Assembly: GCA_003220595.1 (NCBI GenBank) | Contig: QHSZ01000022.1 | Coordinates: forward strand, 1-56,627 | Direction of reading: 5' to 3' | Length of the DNA stretch: 56,627 bases | Origin: Candidatus Rokuibacteriota bacterium | GTDB taxonomy: Bacteria > Methylomirabilota > Methylomirabilia > Rokubacteriales > CSP1-6 | Shown: positions 40,791 through 49,568 of the stretch, in pieces | How the letters are laid out: every line of letters begins with the position of its first letter | Position numbering within the stretch: the stretch's first letter is position 1 | The notes under the pieces: model-generated | Seen by the model: the letters and a program-made list of their open reading frames with translations, nothing else | Told to the model about the DNA's origin: nothing | The model's database searches: none | Made by a program: the position numbers and the translations under genes

Positions 40791-43166
40791 ATGACTGACA
40801 TGCCGGATGTTCTCGGAATCCTCCCGCTTCGGGGGACGGTGATCTTCCCGCAGGCGGTGGTCACGCTCGGCGCCGGCCGGCCATCGTCGGTGCGCCTGAT
40901 CGAGGAGGCGCTGCAGGGCAGCCGCGTCGTCGGCGCGGTCATGCAACGCGACGCGGCGGAGGACAATCCGGATGCCGCGGGGCTGCACGCCGTCGGGACG
41001 CTGGCGATCGTCCACAAGGTATGGAAGCAGGCCGACGGCAAGCTCCGTCTCGTGGTGGAGGGGCTCGGGCGCTTCCGCATCGTCGAGGTCCTGCAGGAGT
41101 CGCCCTTCCTCCGTGCGCGGGTCGAACGCCTCGAGCGCGAGGGCGACGCGTCCTCGCTGGAAGCCGAGGCGCTCGCGCGGAGTGCGTCATCGCTCCTCCA
41201 GAAGGTCGTGTCGCTGTCGCCGACGCTGCCGGACGAGATGGCGAACGTGGGCGCCGCGGCCGAGGGCCCGGGCGCTCTGGCCGACCTGATCGCCGCGTCG
41301 TTGCCGACGCTGTCGTCCGCGCTCAAGCAGGAGCTGCTCGAGACCGTGGACGTCGCCGAGCGCCTGAAGAAGCTCGTCGGCGCGCTCAGCAAGGAGGCCG
41401 AGGTTCTCGAGCTCGGGTCGAAGATCCAGTCCGAGGTCCAGTCCGAGGTCTCGAAGACGCAGCGCGAGTACTACCTGCGCGAGCAGCTCAAGGCGATTCA
41501 GAAAGAGCTCGGCGCCGGTGACGAGCGGACCCAGGAGGTCGACGCGCTCCGGGAGAAGATCGAGGCGGCCGGGATGCCCGAGGAGGCGCGGAAGGAGGCT
41601 CTCCGTGAGCTCGACCGGCTCGCGAAGATGCCGCCGGCGGCCGCCGAGTACGCGGTTGCCCGGACGTATATCGACTGGCTCGTGGCGATGCCGTGGCGGC
41701 AGGAGACGACCGACAGCGTGGAGGACCTCGCGGCTGCCAGGTCGGTGCTCGACGCGGACCACGAGGGGCTCGAGAAGATCAAGGAGCGCATCCTCGAGTA
41801 CCTCGCCATCAAGAAGCTGCGGCCCTCGGGCAAGGACCCGATCCTGTGCTTCGTCGGCCCGCCCGGCGTCGGCAAGACGTCGCTCGGCCGCTCGATCGCG
41901 CGGGCGCTCGGCCGGAAGTTCCACCGGATCTCGCTCGGCGGCATCCGCGACGAGGCGGAGATCCGTGGCCACCGGCGCACCTACGTCGGCGCGCTGCCGG
42001 GCCAGATCATCCAGGGGCTGCGACGCGCGGGGACGAAGAACCCGGTCTTCATGCTCGACGAGATCGACAAGCTCGGGATGGACTTCCGGGGCGATCCGGC
42101 GTCGGCGCTGCTCGAAGTGCTCGACCCCGAGCAGAACGGGTCGTTCCGCGACCACTACCTCGACGTGCCGTTCGACCTGTCGCGCGTGCTGTTCGTGACG
42201 ACTGCCAACGTGCTCGACACGGTCCCCGCGCCCTTGCGCGACCGGATGGAGGTCATCCCGCTCGCCGGTTATACCGAGGAGGAGAAGGTCGCGATCGCGC
42301 AGAAGCACCTCGTGCCGAAGCAGGCACGCGAGCACGGGCTCGACGGCGAGCAGGACGTCACCTTCGCGCCCGAGGCGCTCCGGCTCCTGGTTCGCGGCTA
42401 CACGCGTGAGGCCGGCGTGCGGAATCTCGAGCGCGAGATCGCGAGCGTCTCCCGCAAGGTGGCGCGTCGGCGCGCGGAGGGGCACACGGAGCCCGTCCAG
42501 GTGACGCCGGACCTCGTCACCTCGTTCCTCGGCGTGCCCCGGTTCGAGCTCGAGGAGCTCGAGGAGCGGACGCGCGTGCCCGGGGTGTCGATCGGGCTCG
42601 CCTGGACGCCGGCCGGCGGCGACATCCTGTTCATCGAGGCGACCCGCATGAAGGGCAAGGGCGGGCTCACCCTCACGGGCCAGCTCGGCGACGTCATGAA
42701 GGAGTCGGCGCAGGCGGCGCTCTCGTGGGTGCGCTCGCACGCCGGCGGGCTCGGGATCGCGCCCGACTTCTGGGAGACGTCCGACATCCACGTGCACGTG
42801 CCCGCCGGCGCCATTCCCAAGGACGGCCCGTCGGCCGGCGTGACGCTGACCACCGCGCTCGTCTCGCTCCTCACGGGGCGGCGTGTGCGCGCGAGTCTCG
42901 CGATGACGGGTGAGGTGAGCCTCACCGGGCGCGTCCTGCCAGTCGGCGGCATCAAGGAGAAAGTGCTGGCGGCCCACCGGGTCGGCGTCCAGACGCTGAT
43001 CCTGCCGAGGCGGAACGAGAAGAACCTGCTCGAGGACGTTCCCGCGGCGGTACGGCACGCGATGACGATCCATCTGGCGGATGCCGTCGAGGACGTCATC
43101 CGGCTTGCGCTCGAGCCGGCGCCCGCGACCTCGGAGCCCCGGGCCTCCGCACGAGCCGCCTCCTGA
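40791..43166 (+). CDS. lon: ATP-dependent protease Lon (LonA)
   Basis: N-terminal LON domain, Walker A GPPGVGKTS and the protease site PKDGPSAGVTLTTAL. 791 aa. Confidence 0.95.
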   Translation: MTDMPDVLGILPLRGTVIFPQAVVTLGAGRPSSVRLIEEALQGSRVVGAVMQRDAAEDNPDAAGLHAVGTLAIVHKVWKQADGKLRLVVEGLGRFRIVEVLQESPFLRARVERLEREGDASSLEAEALARSASSLLQKVVSLSPTLPDEMANVGAAAEGPGALADLIAASLPTLSSALKQELLETVDVAERLKKLVGALSKEAEVLELGSKIQSEVQSEVSKTQREYYLREQLKAIQKELGAGDERTQEVDALREKIEAAGMPEEARKEALRELDRLAKMPPAAAEYAVARTYIDWLVAMPWRQETTDSVEDLAAARSVLDADHEGLEKIKERILEYLAIKKLRPSGKDPILCFVGPPGVGKTSLGRSIARALGRKFHRISLGGIRDEAEIRGHRRTYVGALPGQIIQGLRRAGTKNPVFMLDEIDKLGMDFRGDPASALLEVLDPEQNGSFRDHYLDVPFDLSRVLFVTTANVLDTVPAPLRDRMEVIPLAGYTEEEKVAIAQKHLVPKQAREHGLDGEQDVTFAPEALRLLVRGYTREAGVRNLEREIASVSRKVARRRAEGHTEPVQVTPDLVTSFLGVPRFELEELEERTRVPGVSIGLAWTPAGGDILFIEATRMKGKGGLTLTGQLGDVMKESAQAALSWVRSHAGGLGIAPDFWETSDIHVHVPAGAIPKDGPSAGVTLTTALVSLLTGRRVRASLAMTGEVSLTGRVLPVGGIKEKVLAAHRVGVQTLILPRRNEKNLLEDVPAAVRHAMTIHLADAVEDVIRLALEPAPATSEPRASARAAS

Positions 43167-43238
43167 TTTGTGGAGTCGTTTCTGGAACCAGGAGCCCTGC
43201 CTTGACACGGGTCCACGGGCGTCCGGTATCATAGACGG

Positions 43239-43913
43239 GTGAAGCGACTGGTTCTATCCCTCGGTGCGGTCACGGTCGCCATCGCGACCGCCGCACCCGC
43301 CACCGCCGAGATCTACAAGCTGAGCGGAGCGGACGGCACCGTCCACTTCACGAATGCTCCGACCGATCCGCGCTACCGCGGCATGGGCTTCACCTCCGGA
43401 ACCTCCGCGGGCTGGCTCAGGCTACCGCGCGGCGACGCCGCGCTCTACGCGGCCCAGATCAGCGACGCGGCGGCGCGCCACGGCGTGCCCGAGAGGCTGG
43501 TGACGGCGGTCATCCGCGTCGAGTCGGCGTTCAACACGTTCGCGGTGTCGCGCTCTGGCGCGCGCGGTCTCATGCAGCTCATGCCCGAGACCGCCTCGAT
43601 CCTCGGCGTGCGCAACAGCTTCGATCCCCAGCAGAACGTCGACGGCGGCGTCCGCCACCTGCGCGCCATGATCGACCGGTTCGGGAACAACCTGCCGCTG
43701 GCGCTCGCGGCGTACAACGCGGGCGAAAAGGCCGTGTACGCCCACCAGGGGATGCCGCCCTACCCCGAGACGCGCGACTACGTGACGCGCGTCCTCCAGT
43801 TCTTCGACGGGAGCACCGACGGGCAGTCGGTCCCGCGCACCGCCGTCTACCGCCGTGTCGAGCGGGACGGGACGGTCACCTACACGAACATCCCGCACAA
43901 CGGCCGCCGCTAG
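43239..43913 (+). CDS. Lytic transglycosylase (SLT domain) flanked by two DUF4124-like motifs
   Basis: GTG start and a signal peptide. The SLT catalytic region is VIRVESAFNTFAVSRSGARGLMQLMPETA...AAYNAGE. The repeated motif is DGTVHFTNAP near the N-terminus and DGTVTYTNIP near the C-terminus. Confidence 0.85.
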   Translation: MKRLVLSLGAVTVAIATAAPATAEIYKLSGADGTVHFTNAPTDPRYRGMGFTSGTSAGWLRLPRGDAALYAAQISDAAARHGVPERLVTAVIRVESAFNTFAVSRSGARGLMQLMPETASILGVRNSFDPQQNVDGGVRHLRAMIDRFGNNLPLALAAYNAGEKAVYAHQGMPPYPETRDYVTRVLQFFDGSTDGQSVPRTAVYRRVERDGTVTYTNIPHNGRR

Positions 43914-43987
43914 CCCTCGCGGCGCCGGAGCTCCAGCAGCCCCTCGTTCGCGAACATCCCGTAGGTCTCGGCGGTCGATCCGGCTGA

Positions 43988-44527
43988 CTATCGGAGGAGC
44001 TTCGAGATCTCGCGGAAGGCGTCGGTGTCGGCGCGTCCGAGGAGCTGGAACACCACCGTCTCGGTCGCCGTGACGACGGCGCCCGCTTGCCGCGCCTGCC
44101 CGAGACCGAGCTCGGACTTCGCAGGCGTCCGCGAGCACACGGCGTCGGCGACGACGGAGACCCGGAAGTCCTGGCGCAGGAGGTCGAGCGCGGTCAGCAG
44201 CACGCACACGTGCGCCTCGATCCCGGCGAGGATTACCGGCCCGGCCTGGAGCGCCTTGAGACGGTCCGTGAACCCGTCGGCGGCGCAGCAGGAGAAGGCG
44301 GTCTTCTCGATCGGCGCGACGTCGTCGAGGAGCGCGCGCAGCTCGGGCAGCGTCCGGCCGAGGCCGCGCGGATACTGCTCCGTGACGAGGACGGGCACCG
44401 CCAGGCGCCGCGCCGCGGCGCCGAGGATCTTGATGTTGCGGATCATCTCGTCGCGACGCTCGGCGTCCATGGCGTTGAACAGACGCTCCTGCACGTCGAT
44501 GATCACGAGGACCGGCTGCGGCGGCAT
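43988..44527 (-). CDS. Isochorismatase-family cysteine hydrolase
   Basis: ORF 43988..44689 trimmed to ATG 44527, preceded by GGGAGGG. Contains VLVIIDVQERLF and GIEAHVCVLLTALDL (catalytic Cys context). Confidence 0.8.
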   Translation of the reverse strand: MPPQPVLVIIDVQERLFNAMDAERRDEMIRNIKILGAAARRLAVPVLVTEQYPRGLGRTLPELRALLDDVAPIEKTAFSCCAADGFTDRLKALQAGPVILAGIEAHVCVLLTALDLLRQDFRVSVVADAVCSRTPAKSELGLGQARQAGAVVTATETVVFQLLGRADTDAFREISKLLR

Positions 44528-44573
44528 GCGCCCTCCCACGGGATGGGGTTCGACCGGAAACCGCCCCATCTTC

Positions 44574-46091
44574 TCACGCGCGCCACGCGCGGTCGAGGCC
44601 GCGGTACTGGATGGCCTCCGCGCAGTGCGCGGGCGCCAGGCGGTCGGCGCCCGCGAGGTCGGCGATGGTGAGTGCGACCTTGAGCACACGGTCGTGGCCG
44701 CGCGCCGAGAGGCCCAGGCGGCTCATGGCGGCGGCCAGGAGCCGTTCGGCCTCGGGCGGCGGCGCGCAGAACCGTCGCGTCTGGCGCGCCGACATCTCGG
44801 CGTTCGCGCGGATGCCGGCGCCGCGGAAGCGCTCGCGCTGGCGCTCGCGCGCCCCGAGGACGCGGGCGCGGACCGCGGCCGAGGGCTCGCCCGCCGGGCC
44901 GCCGTGGAGGTCGATCGATCCCAGCGCGGGCAGCTCGACGTGAAGGTCGATCCGATCCAGGAGCGGTCGCGAGATCCGGCCGAGGTAGCGGCTGCGCTCG
45001 CCCGGCGTGCAGACGCAGTGGTCGAGCGAGGGGCAGCCGCGCCGGCACGGGTTGGCCGCGGCGACGAGCTGGAACCGCGCGGGGAAGTCGCCGACGCCTC
45101 GGGCCCGCGCGATCGTCACGCGCCCGTCCTCGAGCGGCTGGCGGAGCGACTCGAGCACGTGCTGCTGGAACTCCGGCAGCTCGTCGAGAAACAGGACGCC
45201 CAGATGGGCGAGCGTGACTTCGCCCGGATGCGGCGGGCTTCCGCCTCCGATCAGACCCGAGACCGAGATCGTGTGATGCGGTGAGCGGAACGGCCGCCAC
45301 GTCACGAGCTGACCGGGTCGCGGCAGGAGCCCCGCGACGCTCCAGATCGTCGAGACCTCGAGCACCTCGTCGCCTGTAGGTGGCGGGAGGATCCCCGCGA
45401 GCCGACGCGCGAGCATCGTCTTCCCACCCCCCGGCGGGCCGACGAGCAGTACGTTGTGGCTGCCGGCGGCCGCGATCTCGAGCGCGCGCCGGGCGTGCGC
45501 CTGTCCGCGGACGTCGGCGAGGTCGAGATCGTCGGCCGCCGCGGGCGCGGGCGCCGGTGCTGCGGCGGCGGCGTCGCCGGCCTCGCCGTTCAGGAGGCCG
45601 ACCGCCCGGCGCAGGTCGGCCGCCGCCAGCACGCGGAGCCCGGCCACCGCGCGCGCCTCCGGCGCATTCTCGACGGGCACGACGAGCGCGCCGATGCGCC
45701 CCTTCCGGCACGCGAGGCCGATGGCCAGGGTGCCCCGCACCGGTCGGATCTGGCCGTCGAGCGCCAGCTCGCCGATGACCGCGACCGGGCCGATGCGCCC
45801 GTCGCTGACGGCGCCCGTGGCGGTGAGAATGCCGAGCGCGATCGGCAGGTCGAACGACGCGCCCTCCTTCCTGAGATCGGCCGGCGCGAGATTGACCGTG
45901 ATCCGGTCCGACGGAAACGCGAAGCCCGCGTTGCGGATGGCCGAGCGCACGCGCTCGCGGCTCTCGCGCACGGCAGAGTCGGGGAGCCCCACCGTCGTGA
46001 AGGCAGGCAGGCCCGCCGCGACGTCCACCTCGACGCGGACGAGCGCCGCCTCCACGCCGACCAGGGCCGCCGAGAGCACGCGCGCCAGCAC
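44574..46091 (-). CDS. comM: ComM/YifB Mg-chelatase-like AAA+ protein
   Basis: C-terminal 505 codons of ORF 44574..47618. GTG 46091 gives VLARVLSAALVGVEAALVRVEVDV. Contains Walker A GPPGGGKTM and GVLFLDELPEF. The upstream 500 codons of the ORF are antisense to the response-regulator gene. Confidence 0.9.
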   Translation of the reverse strand: MLARVLSAALVGVEAALVRVEVDVAAGLPAFTTVGLPDSAVRESRERVRSAIRNAGFAFPSDRITVNLAPADLRKEGASFDLPIALGILTATGAVSDGRIGPVAVIGELALDGQIRPVRGTLAIGLACRKGRIGALVVPVENAPEARAVAGLRVLAAADLRRAVGLLNGEAGDAAAAAPAPAPAAADDLDLADVRGQAHARRALEIAAAGSHNVLLVGPPGGGKTMLARRLAGILPPPTGDEVLEVSTIWSVAGLLPRPGQLVTWRPFRSPHHTISVSGLIGGGSPPHPGEVTLAHLGVLFLDELPEFQQHVLESLRQPLEDGRVTIARARGVGDFPARFQLVAAANPCRRGCPSLDHCVCTPGERSRYLGRISRPLLDRIDLHVELPALGSIDLHGGPAGEPSAAVRARVLGARERQRERFRGAGIRANAEMSARQTRRFCAPPPEAERLLAAAMSRLGLSARGHDRVLKVALTIADLAGADRLAPAHCAEAIQYRGLDRAWRA

Positions 46092-46229
46092 GGCGCGATT
46101 GTTCGGTCGTCGGCGCGGGCCGTCAATGTCGCGAGTTGGATACAATACGTCGAGATGCAAGGTGTGCGTAGTGGCCGCGCCAGAGAAGTCACCAGGGACG
46201 CGGGGACCTGAGGTAGAGTTCAAGGCCTC

Positions 46230-47588
<1,359 letters not shown>

Positions 47589-47590
47589 GA

Positions 47591-47627
47591 TGCACAAGCG
47601 TCTGTGCATCTGCACCACCGTGGTGCA
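47591..47627. promoter_or_regulatory. Two adjacent enhancer-type palindromes, the second identical to the enteric NtrC consensus
   Basis: TGCACA-AGCGTC-TGTGCA lies at 47591..47608. TGCACCA-CCG-TGGTGCA lies at 47611..47627. They begin 3 nt after the regulator stop codon and sit about 85-120 nt upstream of the -24/-12 element. Confidence 0.55.
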
Positions 47628-47709
47628 ACCCCTTGGCGTCGAGGGCGCAGCGGAATTTCCGAGCGATCGAATAACAATTACTTAGGCGCCATGAACTCGC
47701 TGATGGCGA

Positions 47710-47725
47710 TGGCGGATGATTTGCT
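47710..47725 (+). promoter_or_regulatory. Sigma-54 (-24/-12) promoter
   Basis: TGGCGGATGATTTGCT has GG and GC spaced exactly as in TGGCAC-N5-TTGC and includes the TTGC core. It is 78 nt upstream of the small-ORF ATG. An AT-rich tract (AATAACAATTACTTA, about 47670..47684) lies between the palindromes and the promoter. Confidence 0.6.
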
Positions 47726-47802
47726 CACTCCCTCGCGGATTCTGCGGACGAAGCTCTCATGGGGAGAGCTTCCAAACCAGTACCCGCGAAGGAGAGAGAG
47801 CC

Positions 47803-47934
47803 ATGGCCAAGGTTCTCGCAGTCCTGTTCATCATCGCGTCGTTCCTGCTGGTGGCGCCCGTGATCGAGTCGGGGACGACCGGCTCGTCGCAGCTCTTCCA
47901 GGCCGTCGGCACGGCGGACGGAGGTGGGTGGTAA
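47803..47934 (+). CDS. 43-codon ORF encoding a small hydrophobic or secreted peptide (unknown function)
   Basis: Internal ATG of ORF 47716..47934, preceded by GAAGGAGAGAGAG. Product: MAKVLAVLFIIASFLLVAPVIESGTTGSSQLFQAVGTADGGGW. By my count 39 of 43 codons end in G/C, against roughly half in the other forward frame I counted (the binding-protein frame). Confidence 0.45.
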   Translation: MAKVLAVLFIIASFLLVAPVIESGTTGSSQLFQAVGTADGGGW

Positions 47935-49568
47935 GAGCGACCGGCCACGACCGCTGGCGAGACCGGGCGGGGAGCTTCGCAGGCCCCGCCCGGTCGGCGA
48001 TACTGGTGGCGTCTGCCGTGCTCGCGCTGCTCATCCCGGTTCACGCCCAAGAGCGAGTCGACACGGGTGTCTATCGGCGACCCTTGGGACACGACCCGCA
48101 GACCCTCGACCCGGCACGGATCAACGACATATACAGTCGGTCCGTCGCGCAGCAGCTCTTCGACGGGCTCGTCCAGTTCGATCAGACGCTCACCGTCGTG
48201 CCAGCCCTCGCGGAGTTCTGGCGTTCGTCCCGCGATGGCCTCACGTGGACGTTCAATCTCCGCCGGGGGGTGAAGTTTCACCACGGACGCGAAGTCACCG
48301 CGGACGACGTTGTGTTTTCCCTTTCACGCATCCTCGATCCGAGGACACGCTCCGGCGCCGCCGACCTCTTCATGAATATCGAGGGCGCTCGGGAGTTCCG
48401 TGAGGGGCGCGCGAAGACCGTGATGGGTCTGGTGGCGATCGATCCCCACACCGTGCAGATCACGCTTCAGGGGGCGCAGGGTCCGTTCGTAGCAGTCCTG
48501 GCGGTGGGGCACGCCAGAATCGTGCCACGCGACATGGTGGAACGACTCGGCGACGCCTTCGGCGATCAACCGGTCGGCACGGGCCCGTTCCGGCTCGAGC
48601 GCTGGGAGCGAGGGAAAGAGATCGTCCTCGCTGCGAACCAGGAATATTTCGCCGGCCCGCCGCGTCTAGCGAAACTGGTGTACCGGATCTTTCCCGGCGA
48701 GCAGTTCGACGCGATGTACGGGGAGTTCTTCAAGGGAAACCTCGAGGACACGCCCATCCCACCCCGCGAGCAGCGCGTGAAGACGCCCGATCCACGCTAC
48801 GTCTACGTGAAGCGCCCGATGATCAGCGTGCGATTCTATGGGTTCAACACGCAAGTCAAGCCTCTGGACGACCGGAGAGTGCGGCAGGCCCTTGTGTACG
48901 CGGTTGACCGGGAGGCGATCATCGAGGAGGTGTTCCTCGGTCGATTCACGCCGGCACGGGGCATCTTGCCGCCAGGTACACAGGGATTCAATCCGCGCCT
49001 GAAGGGCTACGCCCACGATCCCCGGCGAGCCCGCGAGCTGCTCGCCGAGGCCGGATACCCCAACGGGCGCGGCCTCCCGCCGATCGCGATCTGGTCGAGC
49101 GTCAGACACGAAGGACTGGTCCGCGAGTACGAGCAAATCAAGCAATACTTGGAGGCGGTGGGCGTTCAGAGCGAGATTCACTATCTCAGCGACTGGCCGT
49201 CGTACTCGAAGGCGCTGGATGAAGGGAAGCTACCTGTGTTCCTGTATGGGTGGTACGCCGATGTTCCGGACCCCGACAACTTCCTGTTCAAGCTGTTCCA
49301 GTCCAAGAGCTCGAGGAATTTTTTCCGCTACGCAAATCGAATGGTGGACGAGCTCCTGACCGCCGCACGGAATGCTCCAGACATCCAGCGGCGTGTCGAA
49401 CTCTACCAGCGCGCCGAACAGCTCGTACTCGACGATGCGCCCTTGATGCCGATGATGCACCATACCTATGAGCGGCTCTTCCAGCCCTACGTCCGCGCCA
49501 TCGAGGTGAACGGCCTCGGCGATCCGTACATCCCCTTCCGCAAGATCTGGCTGGAGCGGGCGCGATGA
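47928..49568 (+). CDS. Family-5 (peptide/nickel/opine type) periplasmic solute-binding protein with no cognate permease genes
   Basis: ORF 47604..49568 trimmed to GTG 47928, the first in-frame start after the promoter, with GGAGG 3 nt upstream. The signal-like segment is SAILVASAVLALLIPVHAQE. The mature part (YRRPLGHDPQTLDPARINDIYSRSVAQQLFDGLV...GVKFHHGREVTADDVVFS) is SBP_bac_5-like. The exact start is uncertain. Confidence 0.8.
   Translation: MVRATGHDRWRDRAGSFAGPARSAILVASAVLALLIPVHAQERVDTGVYRRPLGHDPQTLDPARINDIYSRSVAQQLFDGLVQFDQTLTVVPALAEFWRSSRDGLTWTFNLRRGVKFHHGREVTADDVVFSLSRILDPRTRSGAADLFMNIEGAREFREGRAKTVMGLVAIDPHTVQITLQGAQGPFVAVLAVGHARIVPRDMVERLGDAFGDQPVGTGPFRLERWERGKEIVLAANQEYFAGPPRLAKLVYRIFPGEQFDAMYGEFFKGNLEDTPIPPREQRVKTPDPRYVYVKRPMISVRFYGFNTQVKPLDDRRVRQALVYAVDREAIIEEVFLGRFTPARGILPPGTQGFNPRLKGYAHDPRRARELLAEAGYPNGRGLPPIAIWSSVRHEGLVREYEQIKQYLEAVGVQSEIHYLSDWPSYSKALDEGKLPVFLYGWYADVPDPDNFLFKLFQSKSSRNFFRYANRMVDELLTAARNAPDIQRRVELYQRAEQLVLDDAPLMPMMHHTYERLFQPYVRAIEVNGLGDPYIPFRKIWLERAR

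Noticed and set aside
47591-47627. The two palindromes after the regulator stop interpreted as a rho-independent terminator.
   Set aside because: The stems are only 6-7 bp and relatively AT-containing for this genome, and no U-tract follows. The second palindrome matches the NtrC operator consensus exactly and sits at enhancer distance from a -24/-12 element. A dual role cannot be excluded.
47928-48060. A twin-arginine signal in the family-5 binding-protein N-terminus (…DRWRDRAGSF…).
   Set aside because: The Arg residues are not in an S/T-R-R-x-F-L-K-like context and are separated from the hydrophobic core. A Sec-type signal, or a different start codon, is more likely.
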